Below, in pieces: positions 1-15,529 of a stretch of 64,000 nucleotides of DNA. Numbering within the stretch: position 1 is the stretch's first letter; every line of letters begins with the position of its first letter. The stretch lies in assembly GCF_009914755.1 (NCBI RefSeq), contig NC_060933.1. One strand, 5' to 3'. The notes under the pieces are model-generated. The model made no database searches. It was given only the letters and a program-made list of their open reading frames with translations, and had not been told where the DNA came from. The stretch is from the human T2T-CHM13v2.0 reference genome, Homo sapiens. A program made the position numbers and the translations under genes.

Positions 1-3000
1 ATTCCATTCCGTTCCATTCCATTCCATTCCATTCCTTTCCATTCCATTACGGATGATTCCATTCCAATGCATTCCCTTCCATTCCATTCCCCTGTACTCG
101 GGTTGATTCCATTCCATTGCATTCCAATCCATGCCCTTCCACTCGTGTTGATTCCATTCTTTCCATTCCATTCAAGTTGATTCCATTCCATTGCATTCCA
201 TTCCATTCGATTCCATTCGATTGCACTCGGGTTGATTCCATTCCATTGCATTCCATTCCATTCCATTCCATTCCATTCCATTCCAATCCATTCCGTTCTA
301 TTCCATTCCATTACATTCGGATTGATTCTATTCAATTCCCTTACACTCCATTACATTCCATTCCATTCCGGTAGTTTCCATTCCATTCCATTCCATTCCT
401 CTCCATTCCATTGCACTCGGGTTGATTCCATTCCATTGCATTCCATTCCATTCCATTCAATTCCATTCCGTTCCTTTCCATTCCATTACATTCGGATTGA
501 TTCTATTCAACTCCCTTACTCTCCATTACATTCCATTCCGTTCGGGTTGTTCCATTCCATTCCATTCCATTCCACTCCATTCCATTGCACTCGGGTTGAT
601 TCCATTCCATTCCATTCCATTCCATTCCAGAAAATTCCATTCCATTGCATTCCATTCCATTCCATTCCCCTGCACTCGCGTTGATTCCATTCCATTCCAT
701 TCCATTCCATTCCATTCCATTCCATTCCTTTCCGTTCCATTCCATTCCATTCCATTCCATTCCATTCCATTCCATTCCGGAAAATTCCATTCCATTGCAT
801 TCCATTCCATTCAATTCCCCTGCACTCCCGTTGATTGCATTCCATTCCATTCCATTCCATTCCATTCCATTCCATTCCATTCCACTCGTGTTGATTCCAT
901 TCCTTTCCATTCCATTCGGTTTGAAGGCATTCCATTCCATTCCATTGCATTCCATTCCATTCCATTCCATTCCATTCCATTCCATTCCATTCCATTGTAC
1001 TCGGGTTGATTCCATTCCATTGCATTCCATTCCATTCCATTCCATTACATTCCGTTGCATTCCATTCCATTACATTCGGATTGATTCTATTCAACTCCCT
1101 TACTCTCCATTACATTCCATTCCATTCGGGTTGTTCCATTCCATTCCATTCCATTCCACTCCATTCCATTGCACTAGGGTTGATTCCATTCCATTCCATT
1201 CCATTCCATTCCGGATGATTCCATTCCATTGCATTCCGTTCCATTACATTCCCCTGCACTCGCGTTGATTCCATTCCATTCCATTGAATTCCATTCCATT
1301 ATAATTCGTTCCATTCCATTCTATTCCGTACCATTCCATTCCATTCCATACCATTGCATTCCATTCCATTCCATTCTATTCCGTTCCATTGCGTTCCATT
1401 GCATTCCATTCCATTCTATTCGGGTTTATTCCATTCCATTCCATTCCATTCCATTCTATTCCATTCCATTGCAATCGAGTTGAATCCATTGCATTTCATT
1501 CCATTCCATTCCATTCCATTCCATTCCATTCCACTCGAGTTGATTTCATTCCATTCCTTTCCATTCCATTCCATTCGTTTCCACTCGAGTTGATTCCATT
1601 CCATTCCATTCCATTGCATTCCATTCCATGCCATTCCTCTCGGGTTGATTCCATTCCATTCCATTCCATTCCATTCCATTCCATTCCATTCCATTCCATT
1701 GCATTCCATTCCATTCCTTTCCCCTACACTCGGGTTGATTCCATTCCATTCCATTCCATTTAATTCCATTCCATTCCATTCCATTCCATTCCAATCCGTT
1801 CCATTCCATTCCATTCTATTCCACTGCAATCGACTTGATTCCATTCCATTCCATTCCATTACATTCCATTCCATTACATTCCATTCCATTTTGTTCCAAT
1901 CCATTCTATTCCGAACCATTCCATTCCATTCAATTCCATTCCATTCCTTTCCATTCCATGCCATTCCACTCGGGTTGATTCCATTCCTTTCCATTCCATT
2001 CGGGTTGAATCCAATCCACTCCATTCCATTCCATTCGAATCCATTGCATTGCACTCTGGTTGATTCCATTCCATTCCATTCCATTCGATTCCATTCTATT
2101 CCATTCCATTCCGTTCAATTCCATTTCATTACATTCAGATTGATTCTATTCAATTCCCTTACACTCCATTATATTCCAATCCATTCTGGTTGTTTCCATT
2201 CCATTCCATTCCATTTCACTCCATTCCATTGCACTCGGTTTGATTCCATTCCATTCCATTCCGGATGATTCCATTCCATTGCATTCCATTCCATTCCATT
2301 CCCCTGCACTCAGGTTGATTCCATTCCATTCCATTCCACTCCATTCTGTTCCGTTCCATTCCATTCTATTGCATTCCATTCTATTCGGGTTAATTCCATT
2401 CCATTCTATTCCATTCCAATCCATTCCATTCCATTGCAATGGAGTTGATTCCATTCCATTCCATTCCATTCCGGATGATTCCATTCCATTGCATTCCATT
2501 CCTTTCCATTCCCCTGCACTCGTGTTGATTCCATTACCTTCCATTCCATTCCATTCTGTTCCATTCCATTGCATTCCATTCTATTCCGATTAATTCCATT
2601 CAATTCCATTCCATTCCATTCCATTCCATTGCAATCGAGTTGATTCCATTCCATTCCTTTCCATTCCATTCCATTGCCTTGCATTCCAATCGGGTTGATT
2701 CCATTCCCTTCTTTCCACTCCATTACATTCCCTTCCATTCCACTCGGAATGATTGATTCCATTCCATTCCATTCCATTTCATTCCGTTGCAAACCACTCC
2801 AATCTATTCCATTCCATTCCATTCCACTCGAGTTGATTTCATTCCATTCCTTTCCATTCCATTCCATTCCTTTCCACTCGAGTTGATTCCATTCCATTCC
2901 ATTCCATTGCATTCCATTCCATGCCATTCCACTCGGGTTGATTCCATTCCATTCCATTCCATTCCATTCCGTTGCATTCCATTCCATTACATTCGGATTG

Positions 3001-4319
3001 ATTCTATTCAACTCCCTTACTCTCCATTACATTCCATTCCATTCGGGTTGTTCCATTCCATTCCATTCCATTACACTCCATTCCATTGCACTCGGGTTGA
3101 TTCCATTCCATTCCATTCCATTCCATTCCATTCCGGATGATTCCATTCCATTGCATTCCGTTCCATTACTTTCCCCTGCACTCGCGTTGATTCAATTCCA
3201 TTCCATTCCATTCCATTCAATTCCATTCCATTACAATTCGTTCCATTCCATTCTATTCCGTACCATTCCATTCCATTCCATACCATTCCATTCCATTCCA
3301 TTCCATTCCATTCCGTTCCATTCCGTTCCATTCCATTCCATTCCATTCTATTCGGGTTTATTCCATTCCATTCCATTCCATTCCATTCTATTCCATTCCA
3401 TTGCAATCGAGTTGAATCCATTGCATTTCATTCCATTCCATTCCATTCCATTCCATTCCGGAAGATTCCATTCCATTGCATTCCATTCCATTTCATTCCC
3501 CTGCACTCGCGTTGATTCCATTCCATTCCATTCCATTCCATTCCATTCCGTTCCGTTCCGTTCCGTTCCGTTCCATTCCATTCCATTCCATTCCATTCCG
3601 TTCCGTTCCGTTCCATTCCATTCCATTCCATTCCATTCTATTCGGGTTAATTCCATTCCATTCCATTCGATTGCAATCGTGTTGATTCCATTCCATTCCA
3701 TTCCATTCCATTCCATTCCATTCCATTCCATTCCATTCCTTTCCATTCCATTACGGATGATTCCATTCCATTGCATTCCATTCCATTCCATTCCCCTGTA
3801 CTCGGGTTGATTCCATTCCATTGCATGCCAATCCATGCCCTTCCACTCGTGTTGATTCCATTCTTTCCATTCCATTCAAGTTGAATCCATTCCATTGCAT
3901 TCCATTCCATTCCATTCCCCTGCAGTCTGGTTGATTCCATTCCATTCCATTCCATTCCATTCCATTCCATTCCGTTCCGTTCCGTTCCATTCCATTCTAT
4001 TCGGGTTAATTGCATTCCATTCCATTCCATTCCATTGCATTCCATTCCATTCCAATCGAGTTGATTCCATTCCATTCCATTCCATTCCATTCCACTCCAT
4101 TCCAGTCCTTTCCATTCCATTCCACTCGGGTTGATTCCAATGAATTCCTTTCCATTCCATTCCATTCCATTGCAATCGAGTTGATTCCATTGCTTTGCAT
4201 TCCATTCCATTCCATTCCATTCCGGATGACTCCATTCCATTGCATTCCATTCCATTGAATTCCCCTGCACTCGGGTTGATTCCATTCCATTCCACTCCAT
4301 TCCCTTGCATTCCATTCCA

Positions 4320-6050
4320 TTCCATTGTATTCGGGTTAATTCCATTCCATTCCATTCCATTCCATTCCATTCCATTACAATCGAGTTGATTCCATTCCAT
4401 TCCATTCCATTCAATTCCAGTCCTTTCCATTCCATTCCACTCGGGTTGATTCCATTCTATTAGTTTCCATTCCATTCCGTTCCCTTCCATTCCACTCTGG
4501 TTGATTCCATTCCTTTCCATTCCACTCGAATACATTCCCTCCTATTCCACTCGGAACGATTCCATTCCATTCCATTCCATTCCATTCCATTCCATTCCAT
4601 TCCATTCCATTTCGTTCCATTACATTCTATTCCGTATCATTCCATTCCATTCCATTCCATTCCATTCCATTCCATTCCATTCCACTCGTGTTCATTCCAT
4701 TCCTTTCCATTCCATTCGGTTTGAAGGCATTCCATTCCATTCCATTCCATTCCATTCCATTCCATTCCATTCCATTCCATTCCATTGTACTCGGGTTGAT
4801 TCCATTCCATTGCATTCCATCCCATTCCATTCCATTCCAATCCGTTGCATTCCATTCCATTACATTCGGATTGATTATATTCAACTCCCTTACTCTCCAT
4901 TACATTCCATTCCATTCGGGTTGTTCCATTCCATTCCATTCCATTCCACTCCATTCCATTCCATTCCACTCCATTCCATTGCACTCGGGTTGATTCCATT
5001 CCTTTCCATTCCATTCCATTCCATTCCGGATGATTCCATTCCATTGCATTCCGTTCCATTACATTCCCCTGCACTGGCGTTGATTCCATTCCATTCCATT
5101 CCATTCAATTCCATTCCATTACAATTCGTTCCATTCCATTCTATTCCGTACCATTCCATTCCATTCCATACCATTCCATTCCATTCCATTCCATTCCGTT
5201 GCATTCCATTCCATTCCATTGTATTCGGGTTAATTCCATTCCATTCCATTCCATTCCATTCCATTCCATTACAATCGAGTTGATTCCATTCCATTCCATT
5301 CCATTCCATTCCAGTCCTTTCCATTCCATTCCACTCGGGTTGATTCCATTCTATTAGTTTCCATTCCATTCCGTTCCCTTCCATTCCACTCTGCTTGATT
5401 CCATTCCTTTCCATTCCACTCGAATACATTCCCTCGTATTCCACTCGGAACAATTCCATTCCATTCCATTCCATTCCATTCCATTCCATTCCATTCCATT
5501 TCGTTCCATTACATTCTATTCCGTATCATTCCATTCCATTCCATTCCATTCCATTCCATTCCATTCCACTCGTGTTCATTCCATTCCTTTCCATTCCATT
5601 CGGTTTGAAGGCATTCCATTCCATTCCATTCCATTCCATTCCATTCCATTCCATTCCATTCCATTGTACTCGGGTTGATTCCATTCCATTGCATTCCATC
5701 CCATTCCATTCCATTCCAATCCGTTGCATTCCATTCCATTACATTCGGATTGATTATATTCAACTCCCTTACTCTCCATTACATTCCATTCCTTTCGGGT
5801 TGTTCCATTCCATTCCATTCCATTCCACTCCATTCCATTGCACTCGGGTTGATTCCATTCCTTTCCATTCCATTCCATTCCTTTCCGGATGATTCCATTC
5901 CATTGCATTCCGTTCCATTACATTCCCCTGCACTGGCGTTGATTCCATTCCATTCCATTCCATTCAATTCCATTCCATTACAATTCGTTCCATTCCATTC
6001 TATTCCGTACCATTCCATTCCATTCCATACCATTCCATTCCATTCCATTC
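4320..6050 (+). repeat. ~0.88-kb tandem duplication (repeated again at ~9980-11560)
   Basis: Rare variants GATTATATTCAAC (4873, 5752, 10523, 11367) and GCACTGGCGTTG (5071, 5930, 10701, 11545). Confidence 0.8.
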
Positions 6051-6161
6051 CATTCCATTCCATTTCGTTCCATTCCGTTCCATTCCATTCCATTCCATTC
6101 TATTCGGTTTAATTCCATTCCATTCCATTCCATTCCATTCCATTCCATTCCAATCTATTCA

Positions 6162-9115
6162 ATTCCATTGCAATCGAGTTGAATCCATTGCATTTCATTC
6201 CATTCCATTCCATTCCATTCCATTGCAATCGAGTTGAATCCATTGCATTTCATTCCATTCCATTCCATTCCATTCCATTCCGGAAGATTCCATTCCATTG
6301 GATTCCATTCCATTCCATTCCTCTGCACTCGCGTTGATTCCATTCCATTCCATTCCATTCCATTCCGTTCCGTTCCGTTCCATTTCATTCCATTCCATTC
6401 CATTCCATTCCGTTCCGTTCCATTCCATTCCATGCCATTCTATTCGGGTTAATTCCATTCCATTCCATTCGATTGCAATCGAGTTGATTCCATTCCATTC
6501 CATTCCATTCCATTCCATTCCAATCGAGTTGATTCCATTCCATTCCATTCCATTCCATTCAACTCCATTCCAGTCCTTTCCATTCCATTCCACTCGGGTT
6601 GATTCCATTCTATTCCTTTCCATTCCATTCCATTCCATTGCAATCGAGTTGATTCCATTGCTTTGCATTCCATTCCATTCCATTCCATTCCGGATGATTC
6701 CATTCCATTGCATTCCATTCCATTCCATTTCCCTGCACTCGGGTTGATTCCATTCCATTCCACTCCATTCCCTTCCATTCCATTCCATTCCATTGTATTC
6801 GGGTTAATTCCATTCCATGCCATTTCATTCCATTCCATTCCATTCCATTCCATTCTATTACAATCGAGTTGATTCCATTCCATTCCATTCCATTCCAGTC
6901 CATTCCATTCCAGTCCTTTCCATTCCATTCCACTCGGGTTGATTCCATTCTATTAGTTTCCATTCCATTCCATTCCCTTCCATTCCACTCTGGTTGATTC
7001 CATTCCTTTCCATTCCACTCGAATACATTCCCTCCTATTCCACTCGGAACGATTCCATTCCATTCCATTCCATTCCATTCCATTCCATTCCATTCCATTT
7101 CCTTCCATTCCGTTCTATTCCGTACCATTCCATTCCATTCCTTTCCATTCCATTCCATTCCATTCCACTCTTGTTGATTCCATTCCTTTCCATTCCATTC
7201 GGTTTGAAGGCATTCCATTCCATTCAATTCCATTCCATTCCATTCCATTCCATTCCATTCCATTCCATTCCATTGTACTCGGGTTGATTCCATTCCATTG
7301 CATTCCATTCCATTCCATTCCATTCCATTCCATTCCATTCCATTCCATTCCTTTGCATTCCATTCCATTACATTCGGACTGATTCTATTCAACTCTCTTA
7401 CTCTCCATTCCATTCCATTCCATTCGGGTTGTTCCATTCCATTCCATTCCATTCCACTCCATTCCATTGCACTCGGGTTGATTCCATTCCATTCCATTCC
7501 ATACCATTCCATTCCATTCCATTCCATTCCATTCCATTCCGTTCCATTCCGTTCCATTCCATTCCATTCCATTCTATTCGGGTTAATTCCATTCCATTCC
7601 ATTCCATTCCATTCTATTCCATTCCATTGCAATCGAGTTGAATCCATTGCATTTCATTTCATTCCATTCCATTCCATTCCATTGCAATCGAGTTGAATCC
7701 ATTGCATTTCATTCCATTCCATTCCATTCCATTCCATTCCGGAAGATTCCATTCCATTGGATTCCATTCCATTCCATTCCTCTGCACTCGCGTTGATTCC
7801 ATTCCATTCCATTCCATTCCATTCCGTTCCGTTCCGTTCCATTTCATTCCATTCCATTCCATTCCATTCCGTTCCGTTCCATTCCATTCCATGCCATTCT
7901 ATTCGGGTTAATTCCATTCCATTCCATTGGATTGCAATCGAGTTGATTCCATTCCATTCCATTCCATTCCATTCCATTCCAATCGAGTTGATTCCATTCC
8001 ATTCCATTCCATTCCATTCAACTCCATTCCAGTCCTTTCCATTCCATTCCACTCGGGTTGATTCCATTCTATTCCTTTCCATTCCATTCCATTCCATTGC
8101 AATCGAGTTGATTCCATTGCTTTGCATTCCATTCCATTCCATTCCATTCCGGATGATTCCATTCCATTGCATTCCATTCCATTCCATTTCCCTGCACTCG
8201 GGTTGATTCCATTCCATTCCACTCCATTCCCTTCCATTCCATTCCATTCCATTGTATTCGGGTTAATTCCATTCCATGCCATTTCATTCCATTCCATTCC
8301 ATTCCATTCCATTCTATTACAATCGAGTTGATTCCATTCCATTCCATTCCATTCCAGTCCATTCCATTCCAGTCCTTTCCATTCCATTCCACTCGGGTTG
8401 ATTCCATTCTATTAGTTTCCATTCCATTCCATTCCCTTCCATTCCACTCTGGTTGATTCCATTCCTTTCCATTCCACTCGAATACATTCCCTCCTATTCC
8501 ACTCGGAACGATTCCATTCCATTCCATTCCATTCCATTCCATTCCATTCCATTCCATTCCATTCCATTTCCTTCCATTCCATTCTATTCCGTACCATTCC
8601 ATTCCATTCCTTTCCATTCCATTCCATTCCATTCCACTCTTGTTGATTCCATTCCTTTCCATTCAATTCGGTTTGAAGGCATTCCATTCCATTCCATTCC
8701 ATTCCATTCCATTCCATTCCATTCCATTCCATTCCATTCCATTGTACTCGGGTTGATTCCATTCCATTGCATTCCATTCCATTCCATTCCATTCCATTCC
8801 ATTCCATTCCTTTGCATTCCATTCCATTACATTCGGACTGATTCTATTCAACTCTCTTACTCTCCATTCCATTCCATTCCATTCGGGTTGTTCCATTCCA
8901 TTCCATTCCATTCCACTCCATTCCATTGCACTCGAGTTGATTCCATTCCATTCCATTCCATACCATTCCATTCCATTCCATTCCATTCCATTCCATTCCG
9001 TTCCATTCCGTTCCATTCCATTCCATTCCATTCTATTCGGGTTAATTCCATTCCATTCCATTCCATTCCATTCTATTCCATTCCATTGCAATCGAGTTGA
9101 ATCCATTGCATTTCA
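6162..9115 (+). repeat. 1459-bp near-perfect tandem duplication (6162-7620 / 7621-9079)
   Basis: ORF pairs at offset 1459: 6195/7654, 6234/7693, 6449/7908, 6663/8122, 7385/8844, 7398/8857; shared variants CCATTGGATTCC, CCACTCTTGTTG, CGGACTGATTC. Confidence 0.93.
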
Positions 9116-12100
9116 TTCCATTCCATTCCATTCCATTCCATTCCGGAAGATTCCATTCCATTGCATTCCATTCCATTCCATTCCCCTGCACTCGCGTTGA
9201 TTCCATTCCATTCCATTCTATTCCATTCCATTCCCTTCCTTTCCGTTCCATTCCATTCCATTCCATTCCATTCCGTTTCGTTCCGTTCCATTCCATTCCA
9301 TTCCATTCTATTTGGGTTAATTCCATTCCATTCCATTCGATTGCAATCGAGTTGATTCTATTCCATTCCATTCCATTCCATTCCATTCCATTCCTTTCCA
9401 TTCCATTACGGATGATTCCATTCCCTTGCATTCCATTCCATTCCATTCCCCTGTACTCGGGTTGACTCCATTCCATTCCATTCCAATCCATGCCATTCCA
9501 CTCGTGCTGATTCCATTCTTTCCATTCCATTCAAGTTGAATCCATTCCATTGCATTCCATTCCATTCCATTCCCCTGCAGTCTGGTTGATTCCATTCCAT
9601 TCCATTCCATTCCATTCCATTCCATTCCATTCCGTTCCGTTCCATTCCATTCTATTCGGGTTAATTCCATTCCGTTCCATTCCATTCCATTGCATTCCAT
9701 TCCATTCCAATCGAGTTGATTCCATTCCATTCCATTCCATTCCATTCCACTCCATTCCAGTCCTTTCCATTCCATTCCACTCGGGTTGATTCCAATGAAT
9801 TCCTTTCCATTCCATTCCATTCCATTGCAATCGAGTTGATTCCATTGCTTTGCATTCCATTCCATTCCATTCCATTCCGGATGACTCCATTCCATTGCAT
9901 TCCATTCCATTGAATTCCCCTGCACTCGGGTTGATTCCATTCCATTCCACTCCATTCCCTTGCATTCCATTCCATTCCATTGTATTCGGGTTAATTCCAT
10001 TCCATTCCATTCCATTCCATTCCATTCCATTACAATCGAGTTGATTCCATTCCATTCCATTCCATTCCATTCCAGTCCTTTCCATTCCATTCCACTCGGG
10101 TTGATTCCATTCTATTAGTTTCCATTCCATTCCGTTCCCTTCCATTCCACTCTGGTTGATTCCATTCCTTTCCATTCCACTCGAATACATTCCCTCCTAT
10201 TCCACTCGGAACGATTCCATTCCATTCCATTCCATTCCATTCCATTCAATTCCATTCCATTCCATTCCATTTCGTTCCATTACATTCTATTCCGTATCAT
10301 TCCATTCCATTCCATTCCATTCCATTCCACTCGTGTTGATTCCATTGCTTTCCATTCCATTCGGTTTGAAGGCATTCCATTCCATTCCATTCCATTCCAT
10401 TCCATTCCATTCCATTCCATTCTATTCCATTCCATTGTACTCGGGTTGATTCCATTCCATTGCATTCCATCCCATTCCATTCCATTCCAATCCGTTGCAT
10501 TCCATTCCATTACATTCGGATTGATTATATTCAACTCCCTTACTCTCCATTACATTCCATTCCATTCGGGTTGTTCCATTCCATTCCATTCCATTCCACT
10601 CCATTCCATTGCACTCGGGTTGATTCCATTCCTTTCCATTCCATTCCATTCCATTCCGGATGATTCCATTCCATTGCATTCCGTTCCATTACATTCCCCT
10701 GCACTGGCGTTGATTCCATTCCATTCCATTCCATTCAATTCCATTCCATTACAATTCGTTCCATTCCATTCTATTCCGTACCATTCCATTCCATTCCATA
10801 CCATTCCATTCCATTCCATTCCATTCCGTTGCATTCCATTCCATTCCATTGTATTCGGGTTAATTCCATTCCATTCCATTCCATTCCATTCCATTCCATT
10901 ACAATCGAGTTGATTCCATTCCATTCCATTCCATTCCATTCCAGTCCTTTCCATTCCATTCCACTCGGGTTGATTCCATTCTATTAGTTTCCATTCCATT
11001 CCGTTCCCTTCCATTCCACTCTGGTTGATTCCATTCCTTTCCATTCCACTCGAATACATTCCCTCCTATTCCACTCGGAACGATTCCATTCCATTCCATT
11101 CCATTCCATTCCATTCCATTCCATTCCATTCCATTTCGTTCCATTACATTCTATTCCGTATCATTCCATTCCATTCCATTCCATTCCATTCCATTCCATT
11201 CCACTCGTGTTCATTCCATTCCTTTCCATTCCATTCGGTTTGAAGGCATTCCATTCCATTCCATTCCATTCCATTCCATTGTACTCGGGTTGATTCCATT
11301 CCATTGCATTCCATTCCATTCCATTCCATTCCAATCCGTTGCATTCCATTCCATTACATTCGGATTGATTATATTCAACTCCCTTACTCTCCATTACATT
11401 CCATTCCATTCGGGTTGTTCCATTCCATTCCATTCCATTCCACTCCATTCCATTGCACTCGGGTTGATTCCATTCCTTTCCATTTCATTCCATTCCTTTC
11501 CGGATGATTCCATTCCATTGCATTCCGTTCCATTACATTCCCCTGCACTGGCGTTGATTCCATTCCATTCCATTCCATTCCATTCCATTCCATTCCATTT
11601 CGTTCCATTCCGTTCCATTCCATTCCATTCCATTCTATTCGGGTTAATTCCATTCCATTCCATTCCATTCCATTCCATTCCATTCCAATCTATTCAATTC
11701 CATTGCAATCGAGTTGAATCCATTGCATTTCATTCCATTCCATTCCATTCCATTCCATTGCAATCGAGTTGAATCCATTGCATTTCATTCCATTCCATTC
11801 CATTCCATTCCATGCCGGAAGATTCCATTCCATTGGATTCCATTCCATTCCATTCCTCTGCACTCGCGTTGATTCCATTCCATTCCATTCCATTCCATTC
11901 CATTCCGTTCCGTTCCGTTCCATTTCATTCCATTCCATTCCATTGCATTCCGTTCCGTTCCATTCCATTCCATGCCATTCTATTCGGGTTAATTCCATTC
12001 CATTCCATTCGATTGCAATCGAGTTGATTCCATTCCATTCCATTCCATTCCATTCCATTCCAATCGAGTTGATTCCATTCCATTCCATTCCATTCCATTC

Positions 12101-15100
12101 AACTCCATTCCAGTCCTTTCCATTCCATTCCACTCGGGTTGATTCCATTCTATTCCTTTCCATTCCATTCCATTCCATTGCAATCGAGTTGATTCCATTG
12201 CTTTGCACTCCATTCCATTCCATTCCATTCCGGATGATTCCATTCCATTGCATTCCATTCCATTCCTTTCCATTACATTACGGATGATTCCATTCCATTG
12301 CATTCTATTCCATTCCATTCCCCTGTACTCGGGTTGATTCCATTCCATTACATTCCAATCCATGCCATTCCACTCGTATTGATTCCATTCTTTCCATTCC
12401 GTGCAAGTTGAATCCATTCCATTGCATTCCATTCCATTCGATTCCATTCGATTTCACTCGGGTTGATTCCATTCCATTGCATTCCATTCCATTCCATTCC
12501 ATTCCATTCCGTTCCATTCCATTCCATTACATTCGGATTGATTCTATTCAACTCCCTTACTCTCCATTACATTCCATTCCATTCGGGTTGTTCCATTCCA
12601 TTCCATTCCATTCCACTCCATTCCATTGGACTCGGGTTGATTCCATTCCATTCCATTCCATTCCATTCCATTCCATTCCGGAAGATTCCATTCCATTGCA
12701 TTCCATTCCATTCCATTCCCCTGCACTCGCGTTGATTCCATTCTATTCCATTCTATTCCATTCCATTCCCTTCCTTTCCGTTCCATTCCATTCCATTCCA
12801 TTCCATTCCATTCCGTTCCGTTCCGTTCCGTTCCGTTCCATTCCATTCCATTCCATTCTATTCGGGTTAATTCCATTCCATTCCATTCGATTGCAATCGA
12901 GTTGATTCCATTCCGTTCCATTCCAATCCATTCCATTCCATTCCATTCCTTTCCATTCCATTACGGATGATTCCATTCCATTGCATTCCATTCCATTCCA
13001 TTCCCCTGTACTCGGGTTGATTCCATTCCATTCCATTCCAATCCATGCTCTTCCACTCGTGTTGATTCCATTATTTCCATTCCATTCTAGTTGAATCCAT
13101 TCTATTGCATTCCATTCCATTCGATTCCATTTGATTGCACTCGGGTTGATTCCATTCCATTGCATTCCATTCCATTCCATTCCATTCCATTCCGTTCCAT
13201 TCCATTCCATTACATTCGGATTGATTCTATTCAACTCCCTTACACTCCATTACATTCGATTCCATTAGGGTTGTTCCATTCCATTCCATTCCATTCCACT
13301 CCATTCCATTGCACTCGGGTTGATTCCATTACATTCCATTCCATTCCGGAAGATTGCATTCCATTGCATTCCATTACATTCCATTCCCCTGCACTCGCGT
13401 TGATTCCATTCCTTTCCATTCCATTCCATTCCATTCCATTCCGTTCCGTTCCATTCCATTCCATTCCATTCCATTTCATTCCGTTCCGTTCCATTCCATT
13501 CCATTTCATTCTATTCGGGTTAATTGCATTCCATTCCATTCGACTGCCATCGAGTTGATTCCATTCCATTCCATTCCATTCCATTCCATTCCATTCCATT
13601 CCATTCTATTCCATTCCATTGCAATCGAGTTGAATCCATTGCCTTTCATTCCATTCCATTCCATTCCATTCCAATCCATTCCGGAAGATTCCATTCCATT
13701 ACATTCCATTCCATTCCATTCCCCTGCACTAGCGTTGATTCCATTCCATTCCATTCCATTCCGTTCCGTTCCATTCCATTCCATTCCATTGCATTCCATT
13801 CCGTTCCGTTCCATTCCATTCCATTCCATTCTATTCGGGTTAATTCCATTCCATTCCATTCGATTGCCATCGAGTTGATTCCATTCCATTCCATTCCATT
13901 CCATTCCATTCCATTCCTTTCCATTCCATTACGGATGACTCCATTCCATTGCTTTCCATTCCATTCCATTCCCCTGTACTCGGGTTAATTCCATTCCATT
14001 CCATTCCACTCCATTCGGTTCCGTTGCATTCCCTTTTATTGCATTCCGTTATATTCGGGTTAATTCCATTCTATTCTATTCCATTCCATTCCATTCCATT
14101 CCATTGCAATGGAGTTGATTCCATTCCATTCCTTTCCACTTCATTCCATTGCAATCCATTCCAATCCATTCCATTCCATTCCATTCCACTCGAGTTGACT
14201 TCATTCCATTCCTTTCCATTCCATTCCATTCCTTTCCACTCGAGTTCATTCCATTCCATTCCAATCCATTGCATTCCATTCCATGCCATTCCACTCGGGT
14301 TGATTCCATTCCTTTGCATTCCATTCCATTCCATTCCATTGCATTCCATTCCATTCCATTCCGTTGCATTCCATTCCATTACATTCGGATTGATTCTATT
14401 CAACTCCCTTACTCTCCATTACATTCCATTCCATTCGGGTTGTTCCATTCCATTCCATTCCATTCCACTCCATTCCATTGCACTCGGGTTGATTCCATTC
14501 CATTCCATTCCATTCCATTCCATTCCGGATGATTCCATTCCATTGCATTCCGTTCCAATACATTCCCCTGCACTCGCGTTGATTCCATTCCATTCCATTC
14601 CATTCCATTCAATTCCATTCCATTACAATTCGTTCCATTCCATTCTATTCCGTACCATTCCATTCCTTTCCATACCATTCCATTCCATTCCATTCCATTC
14701 CATTCCGTTCCATTCCGTTCCATTCCATTCCATTCCATTCTATTCGGGTTAATTCCATTCCATTCCATTCCATTCCATTCCATTCCATTCCGGAAGATTC
14801 CATTCCATTGCATTCCATTCCATTCCATTCCCCTGCACTCGCGTTGATTCCATTCCTTTCCATTCCATTCCATTCCATTCCATTCCGTTCCGTTCCATTC
14901 CATTCCATTCCATTCCATTCCGTTCCGTTCCATTCCATTCCATTCCATTCTATTCTGATTTATTCCATTCCATTCCATTCGATTGCAATCGTGTTGATTC
15001 CATTCCATTCCATTCCATTCCATTCCATTCCATTCCATTCCATTCCATTCCATTCCTTTCCATTCCATTACGGATGATTCCATTCTATTGCATTCCATTC

Positions 15101-15529
15101 CATTCCATTCCCCTGTTAATTCCATTCCATTAAAGTTGAATCCATTCCATTGCATTCCATTCCATTCCATTCCCCTGCAGTCGGTTTGATTCCATTCCAT
15201 TCCATTCCATTCCATTCCATTCCGTTCCGTTCCGTTCCGTTCCGTTCCGTTCCATTCCATTCCATTCCATTCTATTCGGGTTAATTCCATTCCATTCCAT
15301 TCCATTCCATTCCAATCGAGTTGATTCCATTCCATTCCATTCCATTCCATTCCACTCCATTCCAGTCCTTGCCATTCCATTCCACTCGGGTTGATTCCAA
15401 TGTATTCCTTTCCATTCCATTCCATTCCATTGCAATCGAGTTGATTCCATTGCTTTGCATTAAATTCCATTCCATTCCATTCCGGATGATTCCATTCCAT
15501 TGCATTCCATTCCATTCCATTCCCCTGCA

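Larger units (their letters stand above)
3400..12265 (+). repeat. Direct duplication, ~3400-6725 repeated at ~9085-12265 (offset ~5.5-5.67 kb)
   Basis: Near-identical ORF-track translations at offset 5655 (3876/9531, 3895/9550, 4195/9850); shared rare variants TTGATTCCAATGAATTCC, CCATTGAATTCCCC, GCAGTCTGGTTG. Confidence 0.85.

Noticed and set aside
4515-4565. Unique-looking inserts such as CTCGAATACATTCCCTCCTATTCCACTCGGAACG and CGGTTTGAAGGC
   Set aside because: They stay in pentamer register and recur many times on both arms, so they are diverged satellite modules, not foreign DNA.
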